Source of the DNA: Catajapyx aquilonaris
Lineage: Eukaryota
DNA: 64,000 nt
NCBI GenBank assembly: GCA_000934665.2
Contig: KZ538024.1
Location: 1-64,000, forward strand
Direction of reading: 5' to 3'
This document shows positions 50,016 through 63,556 of the stretch, in pieces. The notes beneath the pieces were generated by a model. It did not search any database. It saw nothing but the letters and a program-made list of their open reading frames with translations, and was not told the DNA's origin. The number at the start of each line of letters is the position of its first letter. Position 1 is the stretch's first letter. Made by a program: the position numbers and the translations under genes.

Positions 50016-53000
50016 CGTTAGCGAAAACCGGTAAACAGTGTTAGTCAATGACAATCACTGATAACTATTGTCGAGTGTCTGAATTATAGGAACTGTAACT
50101 TACCTTACGGGCGTAATCTTCAAGAGATATACTGTAAAATAATTTTCATGGCAACAATGACATTGAACAATATCAATGGTGCCATGGTTAACAGGCGCTG
50201 CGAAGAACGGGCTTTCTGCTATTTAATTGTTTATTTCAGTGTGCAGTATATTAAAAATCATCATGTTCACATTGTTCTGTAGGCAAAATAAAAATAATAT
50301 TCGTCCACCAAAACTGGCCAAGAAACAGGACGAGCACGCCTGCGCCTGCCATATCCACATCGCGATCTTTTATCAGCCACTGAAAGCGCCAATGCCCAAT
50401 ACTATACGTCCGTAGGCTAATAGAACCGGTTATCTAAGTTGGCGTGATAGCACAGCCTATATCCCGGAAAACGATGGCGAGCAACACGGCGGTAAGCACC
50501 GATCCAATACATCCGGCGAGTCCCTGGCACGATCCCCAACACATCTTGGCTCTAACGTGACGCCGTTCGTGTTCAAAAGACAATTCCACTTTGATTAGTG
50601 CACTCCTCATTGGACATGAAATAATCATAATAAAAAAAGGAGTGCAAGAGCATCCTGTTAGGCCGGGTAGCTAATTTGCGCTTAATTTTTATTGTCCCGC
50701 TTTAACGGCTAGAAGCGGATCAGATAGGGCGGACCGTTGAGTGCGTAATAACCTATTCAGTTCATTAGAGCGAACACGATAAGGAAATAAAACAGCCGTT
50801 TCCTCCCGCAAAGACGACACCTTCCAAATTTGCCCGCTGAGGTTCATCTCAGGAGTTTTTGGAGTCCCTTGCGTGCTTACGGTGCTAATCTGCCTAACGC
50901 GCCTCTCATCGGCTTTTCCAAAATAACGCTTTGCAGGCGCATTCGATTTCCAGCTCGGCCTTTCGTGAAACATTTCCCCCCCTCGTCCAACACCACCCAC
51001 TGATGGTGGATGGTCGAAGGGGAGGATAGTCAGAAAGTTTATGCTCCGATATTGATTTCGTTCAGGTTCATTTTCGTGGGAAATGCAATTATCATTTTGT
51101 TCGATCAGATTTGGTAAGCGGCGTTTTGTGAAATGTCGCACGGTGAGAATCTGGTCGTATCCAAGCAGCTGCGAGTCTAAACATGGCTGGTGAGCCAGAT
51201 AACATTGTGCATAAGACGAGAATGGACTTACTGCAAAATATCGTTGGCGGTTTTGAGTTGGTTATACCAGTAAGCAGGATTTTTCAGCTCAATCGCCTGG
51301 GGACGTCCATTTAGTCATAAATATTCATAATGGGCCAGCAAGCCAGTATTTTCTGTCATACCAGGGATTATCTCAAAACTAGTGAAGTTCAGTATGGCCA
51401 CGATATGATGCATGGGCTGCATTTACGGAATGCCGGTGCCGATCAGGTCGTATCCATGATGTCAAACGACAATTTGAGCAGGAGCGAATCAATCAAGCGG
51501 GACAATTAGACGCCCTAGAAGCAATTGAATAAAGTGCCCTGGTGCACCCTGTACAGCGGAATGCCAGGCTTGCGACAACGGTCCGTGTTCTAGGCGCACG
51601 TGAGTGCTCTTGACTTTGGAAATTGCGTGATGGGAGGCGAAACACGTGCCTTCCGCCAGCCTTCGCTTCAGATTAGACCCATTGGTGAGTGGCATTTATC
51701 CTCGTCTAGGATCGCGAGTCCTAAGGCCTCCATTCCACACGCTCTCTACTTCCTTCTCTCATGATCGGAATGTCCTGACTTTTTGCGCCCACACGGGACA
51801 CCAAGGGAGTGTAGGTGGACATAGTTCCAGAGTTTCACTCTACAAGAGTGCCGTTCCACACAAAAAAAGAAGAGTGGAAGTAGTGTAATCCCTGGCGACA
51901 TAAATCCATATCCGGCGTCAATATCACTTTGCTCGCAGGCTGTAGCTAGCTATTGTGTGAGTCTATTAAGCCATCCCCTTCTCCTCTGAAATCAATAAAC
52001 GCCACCGTAAAAAAGCGGAAAGCTTTCCATCTCAAATGGCCCCCTATTCTCTCGGCTGCAATTGGCTTTCATCGTGTCCCGCCAGGGCCGCCAACCGCAG
52101 CGATCCGCCGGGAGTGTTGGGCCTGGGATTGCCAACTTGGTCCACAGGGGACAACAGGTGGTATCCTCTCTAGCCAGGTAAATTTTCAGCAAAGCGAACA
52201 TGGACGCACCTAACTAGATTTGCCCCACTTTGTTCCGCCTGCGTCCTGAAACACTGTGCGGTAGTTGGATACAACCTACTTGCCTCACCAATGATGCCTG
52301 GAAAAGTTGGCTCATGTGAATGCCTGAGGACCAGAGTCAACTAACTTAATCAAGGTTGAGGCTGCATGTTATGTTGATCAACATGTACATTGCACCGTGA
52401 AAATGCATGTCCAGTTTTAGCCTTTTAGCAGCCACCCATGTGAGGCTGAAAAAGTTGAGCGGAATAATAACACTGGCGTGCATATCGAGTGCGAACAGAG
52501 TAACATATTTCTCCCCTCTGGCTTATATGTCATATGTGGAGCCAGCGATGCACGCGTCGCATTTTTTGTATGCCCATCAGATGACATATTGAAGCACATT
52601 TTTAAACGCCACAAGTCCTGCATGGCTATAGTGGCATACCATGTCGACAGCCAGCCACTTAATTAAAAAGTTCTCTCGGCTTTTGTGGCAACTGTGAAAC
52701 AGTTTTCTCTCCTGGAATAATATGGTATGGAAAACACACTGTGACGAAACACTGTTGCTGGAGGAATTTCCCGTAATTACGCATCCGGCACAGCTGATTG
52801 GCTTATGGTCATATTCTGAAACTCATCGCTGCATCACGCATCGCTACCTCAAGTTCATTACGCACACCGGTTATACATCACACGCTGTTGTTCCCCAATA
52901 TGCCCCCGATAATTTGAACCTGTTAATTTTTATGGAAATACTGTCAAATTCCCTGAGCTTAGCTTTGAGTAGATTTCAATAGCCTTTTGTGGGCGCCACG

Positions 53001-54206
53001 CCAACGTCCAATCCCATTTGCCCAGGCTTGACGCTAACCAAAACCGAGCAAATTCTTTTCTGCTTTTCGGGCCTAGTTGGGCACACGTTGACCGGAAATT
53101 CGCTAAAAATATAACGAGGCATTCAGTCGAGTGCTTCCAATGATCAAAGTGCTCGTGAATTATCTAATTACTGCGCGCCTGCACCGGTCACCCGGCCCAC
53201 GACACTTCCACTGTGCCTAGGGACAACATACTGGACATGTCCAGTTCCATTCTCTAGAGGTTTCGTCCACTCCCCTACATTTCCCCCATTAGTCACATAA
53301 ATAACACGCCCTCATTTGGCATCACCAGCTGATATGCGACAAATTGTTTTCTCTCGAAATTGTCACCCATCGCCTGGTACGACCAATGTTTGGAAAACTT
53401 CGTAGGTCCACTCCTGTAGGCCATTGTACACTTCCATAATAGAAGCCAGCTGAACAACTAGGCCTAATATCAAACTCCATCATGCTTGCCTGACTATGTG
53501 AAACCCAGCACAAAAACGCCCATTTGTCCTGTGGTCTATCCGGCCTGCAAATGTCCTTTCCGAGCCCCCAGCTGTAAAAATCAAGGGCGAGAAAAGAAGT
53601 TCCATGGCGCACCCACACCAGATGAAAAATGGGAAGGCGAAATACGAACGGCGGGGAGAAAAAAACAAAAAAAAACCCAAACCCCAAGATGATGATGAAG
53701 TGCGACGGCACAGGAGTCAACCTTCGGCCGATATATCCGGTAGTTGTATCCGTTACCACGCCCTTTGATCAAAGAAAAACTGTTGAGGAACGCCTCCCCT
53801 TTTTACTTTCAACCCCATACACCACCATCACACACCCAGTCAACTTGATCAGCGATACTCTTAGCAGAGGACGGGGGGGAAAAAATGGTTACCTATCTAT
53901 TTACCTCACGCAATAACCCAAAGTGCTTTTTGGAAAATGCTTTGGGTTGGCCTGCTTGATGCGTGCAGAAAATGGAACGCAGAACAACGAGCAGGAAATT
54001 CATGACGGCCGGGAACTGTAAGAGCCTGATGCAAAATTTAAAGCTAAAAAAGCACTCATAATAGAATCAGTACAAGGACCAATGCGTAGGGATCATTCCG
54101 AGAATGGAAAAGCCGAACAGTAACATTTTCTTGTTGAATCATTTAGTTCTGGGGCTTTCTATATGCATAAGGGAGAATGGGTTTGGTGTGGCATTTACAC
54201 CGACAA

Positions 54207-54310
54207 GGGATCGTCCATAAAGTGCGTCACGCTGGGGGGGTTGAAGCTAGCGTGACGGACCGTGATATGCGGGTAGGGAGGGGGGGATTCGGTCGAGTAT
54301 GACATCCCAC
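54207..54310 (+). mobile_element. Degenerate left part of an arthropod-type Harbinger-like MITE
   Basis: GGGATCGTCCATAAAGTGCGTCACGC followed by G-runs and GCGTGACG, resembling GGGCCGTCCATAAATTACGTCACGC-type elements. Confidence 0.45.
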
Positions 54311-54546
54311 TTTAATGGTAATAAAGCAGGGTACCAGAACATTTAGCGACAAGTTAGCAGCGAGAAAACTGAAAGTTAGATTCGCGAAAATTCGCGTAAA
54401 ATTCAGCTGACAATTTATGGACCAGTTGCGCGCTATCGTGTAATCGATTCAATCGCTAATGGCTTCTCACTTAAATAATTAAAACGGACAGGTGTATATG
54501 CCTCTGGAGTATAGGGCAATACCAGGCTTGCTACAAACACCTCGTC

Positions 54547-54625
54547 AGCCAATCAGGTGCGACTCGCTTCTCGCAACCATGTAAGCACACCTATAAAAAG
54601 CTGCCATGTAGCATTCCTATCGGTC
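54547..54625 (+). promoter_or_regulatory. Candidate Pol II core promoter (CCAAT + TATA + Inr-like) upstream of the RYK/Derailed exon
   Basis: AGCCAATCAG at 54547-54556, TATAAAA at 54592-54598, TCGGTC at 54620-54625 placing +1 30 nt after the start of the TATA box. Confidence 0.45.
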
Positions 54626-55981
54626 AACTACGACCCTCCCCTGTCAACACCAACACTGCACTGCAAACTTCCAAACGCGTTACTTTCCCCTCAAAAAACG
54701 CGCTCTCAATGTTTGCCACTCCCGCACTGTCCCCAACCGAGCAGGTGGAATTTCCGCAGTGTGGGTACTGCCTCTGGAAAAAACCGTGGTGGTAAGCATA
54801 TGCAAAGAAGAAGCAGGGTCAGCAAGCGACCCTCCTAGTTAACCTCCACCTGGCGCCGTGGGTCGATGGTTGCATCGGCGGGCGTCGTCAGCGTCGGCAT
54901 GTTCCCCAAGGCAGGCACACTTTCCCATCCAGTCGGCGCCCAGACTCGGGCCCTGCCGCACGCATCCATCTCCCTGTTGCTATACTGTTCCCATTCCCCC
55001 AACTTTGTTGTCCCACACGTTGACACCCGGCACCCCATATAGGCTAGACTTGAACCCAGTGAAAACATGCTTTCCATAGTGACCTCCCTGGTGACCAAGT
55101 GAATGGTGCTGGTGACATGACCTTTCACCCGAACTCTACGGACTGGTTTTAATTGCATTGGCTGCAGGCCACGTATCCGCTTACGTGTTCAACCCCCCTA
55201 CCAGCCTGCCGATATTTGTTGATCGTTGCAATTATACCAGGGCGTTTGGGACGTGAAACCGGTGTTATTGTCATGACTCGGTTGTGAGTTACATCCTGGA
55301 GTTTTTTTTTTTGACATGGTTGGCTCTCGTATCCAGAATGTGGCTGTTGTTCAGGTAAGGCGCCTTTGCAATCAAAATTAAAGCTCGTTATGAGTGACAG
55401 TTTACAAGCGCAAAAGGCTGACTGCACTTTGCGATGTGTACAAAAGCTCTTGCAGTAGTAATTAAGGCCGGTTGTGGTGGAATTATTACTAGTACTGGAT
55501 TCATAAATTATGTGGCCATGTTGCTGGATGTAAAACGGCTATAAAGTTCTCCGCCCAGAATTCGGCTTTGCAATGCCGCCGTTATCGGCTGTGATGATAA
55601 TGATGATGATGATACTAAGATTACATAAAATTGCTCTAATCCAGTCGGTAAATTATTCTTATTCCATTTCCTATTGTATGCATTAGAAAGGATTTTTTTT
55701 TTATCTAACGATTTTATCGGCGAAATTTATGTCTTATCCTACAGAATATGATATCCTATACTGAAGTGCATTATTTGTAACATCCGTATGACCGATGCTA
55801 AAAATAAATGTCGTGAATAATTCCATCAAGAAGCCATTTCTTGAAGTCACAATAATAATCCAGCCACCAATAAACTCTTCTAATTCCAAAAAAAAAACAA
55901 CTCGGCAACTTTTTCTCTAATCCCAAACACTCCTTTGCAGCTGTAGATAGACTGCAAGCAAAATACAAAGGGCAGCTGAAG

Positions 55982-56096
55982 ATGAAGCCGATAACTTCCT
56001 TTCAAGAAATAATCCTGGGGCTCGCCTTCCTGCTTTCTTTCGTCGACTGCCATCTCAATCTTTTCATTAGTCAGCTAGAAGTGAGGAAATTAATGG
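55982..56096 (+). CDS. Ryk: First coding exon of a RYK/Derailed-family (Drl-2/Drl/Dnt-like) Wnt-binding receptor tyrosine kinase: signal peptide and start of WIF domain
   Basis: MKPITSFQEIILGLAFLLSFVDC is signal-peptide-like. HLNLFISQLEVRKLMG matches the start of the WIF domain as I recall it in Derailed-family proteins (pattern xLNIFIxxxEVxKLxG). Ends at a phase-1 donor G|GTAAGT (56097). Upstream acceptors at 55742-55744 and 55938-55940. Only 38 codons are visible, so the paralogue is uncertain. Confidence 0.8.
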
Positions 56097-56182
56097 GTAA
56101 GTTTGACCGTGAAACGGGCTTTTTACTTCACAAGATCTCTCTTCTACCCAGGGTATTTTTTTTTCTTTCTTCGTGGGGAAGG

Positions 56183-56224
56183 GAGAGAGAGAGAGAGAGA
56201 GAGAGAGAAGGAGAGAGAGAGAGA
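56183..56224. repeat. (GA)n tract at the start of the RYK/Derailed intron
   Basis: Direct reading; one interruption. Confidence 0.95.
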
Positions 56225-59200
56225 ACAACTTTGGAAGCTTCTTCCCAAAACTTTCTCCCCGAAAGTGCATAATTTGAAAGGAAGAACCACGGTGTTTTGT
56301 AATGCAAAACTCGCAGCGGTTTCATGGGTCCTCTTTATAAAAGATGGGAAACCCCGGTGCAGGAAATCTGCAACATTTGGCCTTCTCGTCAAATGATAAT
56401 GGCTCATCAGGAAGTAAAACTTTTTTTTCCAACCTGAGTTTTTGGCTAGTTTATAATATGAAAAGTCTGAAGACGTTGCACTCTACGGGGTTTTTCAAAA
56501 AAATCGATTTGGGGGGAATATATGGGTATATGGAAGTGGGTGCTCAGTGTAGCATTTGGATGTCAATAAATTGTACTTTAGATTCTAGGAACATTAAGCT
56601 TGACGGGAGTAATATTGGAGTTGGATGTACGAATATATTATGAGGTTTTTTTCCCTTCGAAGTCGGAAAAGTACTACTAATTGGATCGTCTTTCATTACC
56701 CGTGGTAGAAATTGAATTAACAGACAGCAAAACATGCTGAAAGTACTTTCTCTGGAGCGGAAACAAAAACTGTAATGAATAATATACAGGGTACATTTCA
56801 AAGTGCCTTTGGACCATCAAATCTGGATTTAGCTACTTTGCATATTAAAACATGGTTCCATTCCCCTATAACTTTTCAGGCGTTGTCAGTCAAAACATTC
56901 CACAATTGAACTAATCCACCTCTAAATTGACTATTGAAATTATGCCAGCTATTATATAGTAAAATCTGGCGCTGGCAACTCCGCAAGGATTTGCGAGTCG
57001 GCCAAAGCGAATATTTTTATTAACCGAATGCAAATGCTAAGACCTGCCTAAGAGCAATGGACTTTTCAAAGAGCATATGCCTAGTAAATACTGTAAAGCA
57101 AGTTTAATCAATACCGAAAATAATTTATTTCTAGAAAAAAAAACTCGGGACTTAAAAATATATAGCACTGCTGATAATCCACTCTCCTCCCGAATCAAAG
57201 CAAATGTACTATAGGCCAGATACGTGCAAAACAGTACATAAACAGCCTAGTGCACATAGGAAAATCTAAATGCGGTGGCGGCCACAATGGATCGTTATCC
57301 TGTTACCACTCGCTCACGGCCAGCGTCATTTTCCGCGGCCACAAATCCGATTGATTTTTTTTTTTCCAACTCTCCCCGCTCCACACCACCCACCCCATTT
57401 GCCCCCTTCAAATGTGGTGAAGTAGTATCGTAGTAAGGTCCATATATATCCGCTAGCCCCCCACACCGCTCTGGGTTTGCCCACAGCGAATTGCTGTCAC
57501 CGGCACGTAATCGTGATTTTGTCGCTGGTAATTATCCACTTGCGTCCCGCTGTTTTCTACCCCCCTCCCCCTCCCCACATCCCTTCCCTGAATCTGTTGA
57601 GGTGTGCGAACGGCAGCCAACTTGATTGGCACCCATTGTTGAGATTTCCAGATGACCAGACGCTTAAGCAAGCATCCCGATCAAAAACACATCGAGGGTG
57701 TTTCGCATTTCTTGTTCCGAGAGCTGCAACGTAATGCTCCTGTTAGTCGAAGCACACGGCTTAATCCGAGTTGAAACGCTAGTTGGGAAGAGTAACCAGA
57801 AATTCTGAAGAAGCACGTCGTGAGCTGCACAAAGAGCGAGAGACAGAAAATCCTCCCACTCCTCCCACCTCCTTTATTCTCCTGTGGGGGCCTATTTTCC
57901 CATTGGGATCAATATGAGGAAGATTGATATTTCAGCAAAGCGGATTAACTTTCAATCGTTTTCTGGTCCCATTCTCTCCCTTCCTCTGAGATGAACCGTC
58001 TTCTGTCTCCGAGAACAGGCTCCGGCTCCTATAGGTAAGTAGGATTTACGGCAGCAGGCCCGTCCGCATTATTACAGGCTGATTCACGCTCTCGTATGAA
58101 AACTCGGGGTGCCAAATGACAGCCTAATTGTTGCTTCCTCCAGGGGCCGCCCCGTTGCACTATGTTTGCTTTGTTAATAAATTTCTCAACTCATTACGGG
58201 CGCTGGATTGATATGGCCAGCCAACCGTCAACATATGACGGCCCGTTGTTTATCTTCGATTAAGTCCTACCAACTTCATTACTACTACAGCGCACCGGTA
58301 TATCCACTATGCAGACTAACAAGCCACCATGGAACGCTTTGTACGGCAGCAAGGGACGCCAGGATGGGAGAGGAATCTGTGCTGTATAAAGGTCTTCAAT
58401 GATGATGGGGAAGGCCGTTTCATCCTGGAAGTTCGCTAACCTAAGAGCCTCTCTTGTGCGACAGACGGCGCGAATTCCAGGGGCAGTTTTACCTATTAAA
58501 CACCTCAGATTTTGATGTTGGCAAGTATAGTCGAGAGATGTGTGCGGATTCACAATTTTGTGTTAACAACACTTTTAAAATAGGTACAAATCGCAACTAC
58601 GCACAATTTATTACTACCGTAGTACTCATAATAATGTGTAACCATTTTCCATATGGAAGCACCGGAATCTATTCGTGATTTTGTGATTGCATGACAAAGC
58701 TCATACCTAAATACGCGAATGGCCCCAACCCCATGGTATAAATTAGCATTATAAACTTTGATTTGGAGGGCACAGTATGGAGGGTTACAACACGTACCGG
58801 TACGTAGTCATAGTCGAGTGATAATTATTATAGGCAGCAAAATTGGAATTTGCTCAAATTTCGATCTAGAAAATATTATATTGTAGTAATGAGGTGAACA
58901 CATTTTCTTCTTCTTGGAACATATTATGTGCTTCCTATGTAATATGATCGCTTCATAATGATCCAGGTAGTTGAATGTTAATGCTTCAAATACGTATATT
59001 AAGAATCATCATTTCAAAAATAATGATAATTACAGGTCATCAATGTACAGTATATGCTAAAATGATAATGTAGCTACTAATATACTAGCACTTGATTATG
59101 TGGCATTTGAAATATGCAAGTGACATTGAATGTAAATACATAGCACACGAATCAAAAACTGAGTATGACAAATCGCGATGCAGCAACAAAATATTGCGAA

Positions 59201-62200
59201 AGTAAACAGAATAACTGGGTATACAGTACAGTGTTAGACCTTCGTTCTTTAGATCGCTTCTTATAACCTACATCATTCAATCACAGAGCTGCTGATGGAT
59301 TTTTCAAGTGAGAGGAAACTCGAAAGCCCTGCGAAATTCCCCGCTAACAAAGAGATAACGCAGCAAAACTCTTCCCAAGTAAATAAATCTTGTATCAAAT
59401 CCGGAGATCAAACTCATGATTCAGTGGTGGAAGGCTAAGCCTTGACCATAACTTCACATAACCGCTCTGCAGGTAATGAGAATATTTAACTTCATTTTGA
59501 ATATGATTCACAGCACTTGTACAAAAATATTCGAGTGAAATGAACATTTCTGAATACAACAATCCTCTAAAAGGATATCAAAATTAATTAGTTTACCCCA
59601 AGACAAAAGTCACTCTAGTGAATTCCAAAATGAAAATCGCTGCTTATTATGTGTGGATTGTTCCTCCACGTACAGTATATTTATATCCATGCATTAATGA
59701 TAATGTTGTTTATACCGTTATACTATATACATTAAATACAATTTTTCAAAGGTATATTCCAATTTGGTGCACATGCCGTCCAATTAGGCTTTAAGAGATG
59801 AGAAAGCATCAGGTAGCGTAAAACGAAGGAGAAAATTGATTTTCTTCTCTGAGCTGGTGGAAAATACGGAAAGCAACCAAAGCAATTCCAAGAGCCTGTG
59901 CCTCCATACCAGAAAAAAAACCAAACGTGCCAAGTCCCGGACCTCCCAAGTCGTCTGAGTGTATCTTTCACAGGGCGTATGTCCTCTGGCTCGGAAAAGC
60001 CTTCCCGTTTCGGCTTGCGGTGCGGTCCGAATGATTAACGCACCTCACTTGTCCGTTGGGGAATTTCCCGATTCCGAGGCCAAAACAAATGCCCCCCCTT
60101 CTTCCAGCCTGCACCACTGGAGGTCACTGGATTTGGCTCCGTCTGACTTCTGGCACTTCGTTGTGTGCGACTCGGTTTATTGGCCTACGCCCCCACCATT
60201 TTCTTTCCGCCCCACCTTCCCAACCTCATCTATTCCATGAGTAATGCTGCAGGGTCCACTCCAAATAATTGCGGGAACGCTCTTCAATAACTCCGTGGCT
60301 TTCTGCTGCCCCTGTATGGCCTTGTCGCGCAGTTGCTTCAATAATTTACGGGGCATCCAGACATGCTTCATAAATTACTATTACATTGTCTGGTTTCCAC
60401 ACTTACCGCACCCAGTCTGCGTATATATGCTTGATTAAGATTGCATTGTTCCAAACAGTAGATGTAGCTGCCAAGTTATTGTGCATCTTGCCCCAAATAT
60501 ATTGTTTCGCCGATGGAACTGCATTATGCAAATGTCTTGGAGTTGTGTAATGAGGAGCTGCAGCATATACACTTCCAGTGTAGTGCGCTGGCAACTCAAT
60601 TTGGTTCCTGCTGTAATAGCTGCAGCGTGAAGGGTCTTGCGGGGGACTAGAAGTGTCCTATATGAACCGTCGCATAAGCACATAATGTAGTCTCCTGCCG
60701 GTGCCTTGTACATAAAGCCTTTTAGATTCGAAGAAGCCGACAGTAGGCTTTGTCTCTTCAGGCCTGCTCTGGCACAGGATGTGATTCCTACCTATAGACT
60801 CAAAATCCCGTGTCTCCTAGTAGCCAGCCAATGGATTCAATTTGGGCTCCCAGAGCGGTTTTGGAAAGGCCTGCACCCGGGTGTAAGAGCTGGCACTCTG
60901 GGATGCCAAGAGGACTATGGTATCCTTCCGTATCCAGGGCTTTACTCGCCTGCCTCCGGACTGATGGCTCTGCTCTTTCCGACGCCCCAGAAATTGGCCT
61001 TCAGCCTCTACAAAATCTACCCGGACATACCAGGGAAATTCTACTCTCAGGATAGACGTTCTAAAGGGGACGTGTGCCATATGGGTATCCAATCTTCTGC
61101 CATAGCCTGTTGCTGGAAGAGCTTAGGAGTAAAAGACTTTCATCTCATATGGAAGATTTTTGGATGCCAATTTGGATTTCTAGATCGATTATTGCAACTG
61201 ATCGTAGGATATTGTTACATAATAATAGGTGACTCACCTCGTTAATATACTGGGTATCCTACTGAATAATTTTTATTGAAGCGTATCACAGAGAATAAAT
61301 TGAAAAAACGTAACTTACCATAAGCCGATATTTATTCATTTCATCAGATACAATTGCCTAAAAATTATCGGGTGTTTCGGCGAAAATCCATCTTGGAACT
61401 GGTCCATTCAGAGCTTGTAAACATTGGAAATGGGATGCTCAAACCCATTAGCATCCGAGGTCAAGGGTTGAGTCCTTGTTTTCCTAGGCTAAATCCCCTG
61501 CAGGCACCGAAAATAATCATTCTTTCAACAAAAATATTTTTCGGAGATTATTAGTAACAAGTTAGTAACTACTGTATTTATGCTGAATGAAATAACAAAA
61601 AATTTGGTAAAAAATGAAAAATTCACATTTAACACCCTGTAAGTTATATTTGTAGGATGCGTTATTGGCTATCTGTATTTTATAAATATCAACGTGTAAC
61701 TCGAAAAATAAATTTTATATGACACTTCACATCTCAGAATGACAACAAATCACAAAATCATTTACGGTATCAAATTTGAGGATATATATCATTTCCATAG
61801 ACGCTATACAACAAAGACGAATTACATTAGACTAATGTTTTCCTGATCTACACAAACAAGTTAATTTGGCAAAATTAAATTGAAACATGCATTCTCATTG
61901 ATCCCAGCTTTTGCCGCAGGCTTCTTAGTGTGACACAATTTCGACGCAATCAACAGTGTCAAAGTCGGATTCCAGGAGGCAGGAATGCGAGAAATCTCCA
62001 CCGCAAGCAGACAACAATGGCGCAAAGTTATCTCGTCACCCAAAATGACTTGCAAACCTTTGAACCCCGAAGACACCTCCGCTACTGGATTTTCTTGCGC
62101 AATCTCTGATGGAAACCTCAAAACGTTGGTTTCCATTTCCCAGATGGAAAGCCTTGAGGGAAATGAAATGGCTGCGAATTTCTACCGACGGCGGAGACGC

Positions 62201-63433
62201 TCGCTCCAGTATATTTCCTCTCGTCTACAATGAATTCAGTTGTCCCTCGTGCAGAATCGGAACAATAATGATTCCATCCCAGATATGAAGGAGCAGGGAG
62301 GGGGAAATCTTCTGTGTTCTCAAGTGATCCAATTACCTAACCGACATTGTGGCGTGATAAGAGACCGCCAGACACTGACTGAATTCCGTAAATGTACTCG
62401 CGCGCTAAAAATATTGAATTATCTGATATGTAAATGTGACTTGGGAGACAAAGAATATCACTGGTTTTTTTTCTACCTCCCTCTGCCAGAAGAAAACGAC
62501 AAAAACGCACCTCCGCCGAATGAAAGGTCTTCCAGTAAAATATGAGATGCATGACCATCCGAGTCGGCCTTGCAAGTTTCATAGCAATACCGAAATGACA
62601 TACCATTTCAGATTGGCGCTCGGATGTTGGCATCAAGCGCACTGCTGATGTACCGACCACAAATGGGCCATTATGTAAATGGTCGCTGTTTGGGCCCTTA
62701 GTTGGTGTTTTCCCGCTTAGCTTCGGGAATAAGGTATACGGCTCCCAGAACAATCCGGAGGAGAAATCCACTCCCTGTTTTACTGATATTCCCACTCATA
62801 ATGCAGGTTACAAATTACAGCTAGGAGACGGCGGCCGTAAAGGAAGATTTCGCATATAACTTGAGGCGGACGGACAGACACAGGCTTTTCTGAATAAAAC
62901 ATTGAGCATGAAGTGTCCTCTGCCTGACTCGGATTTGTCGGAAACGTCAGCCTCATCTCAAACTAGAGATAACTACTGTAGGATCATAATATTTTCAACG
63001 TGACGTAAGATTTTCACTTTCCACATTTTGAAAATAATACAATGCAACTGGCTTAATGACAGGATCTGGACTGATAGGCCTTTAAAGAGGCTAGATTCTC
63101 AGCGATTTTGGGATCTGATGTGGCGCTTGAATGAGCCCTGGCATTGGCTGCATAAAATAGCGATCAGGGACTTTGGAGACTTGGAGCAGTTTGTAGCCCC
63201 TGGGGCCTCTTGCAAGAGATGGATAAGGTCTTCTGGAAATGGGCCAGCGATTTGTCTGGCTGGTGACGGGGCCAGGATGGTGGGGACTGGGGAAAAGAAG
63301 CGCCAGAGGTCAAAATCTTTTTATTCGCGGCGATTCATTTTTTTCTACCTTCTTTTCAAATAGAGTGGAGTTTTCCAATTTAAAACGAGTTTGATTTAAA
63401 TTGTGTTTACTGTCATGGCAGGTAATCGATCTT

Positions 63434-63556
63434 AAACGGGAGATTCCCGAAAAAACCCACGCGAACACGGGAAGAACCCATCAAATGAGTGTTCGCCGCC
63501 AGATGGGGGGATCGAACTCGGGGCCTCAGAAGTGGAAGGCTGCGGCACTCACCACC
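63434..63556 (-). mobile_element. Diverged, truncated relative of the V-domain-like SINE at 25425
   Basis: Minus strand GTGAGTGCCGCAGCCTTCCACTTCTGAGGCCCGAGTTCGATCCCC...GATGGGTTCTTCCCGTGTTCGCGTGGGTTTTTTCGGGAATCTCCCGTTT aligns with the head and core of the 25.4-kb copy. Confidence 0.85.

Noticed and set aside
60706..61245. 179-aa ORF as RYK exon 2 or a nested gene
   Set aside because: No WIF motif; the acceptor near 60760 reaches a stop within eight codons in the phase required by exon 1.
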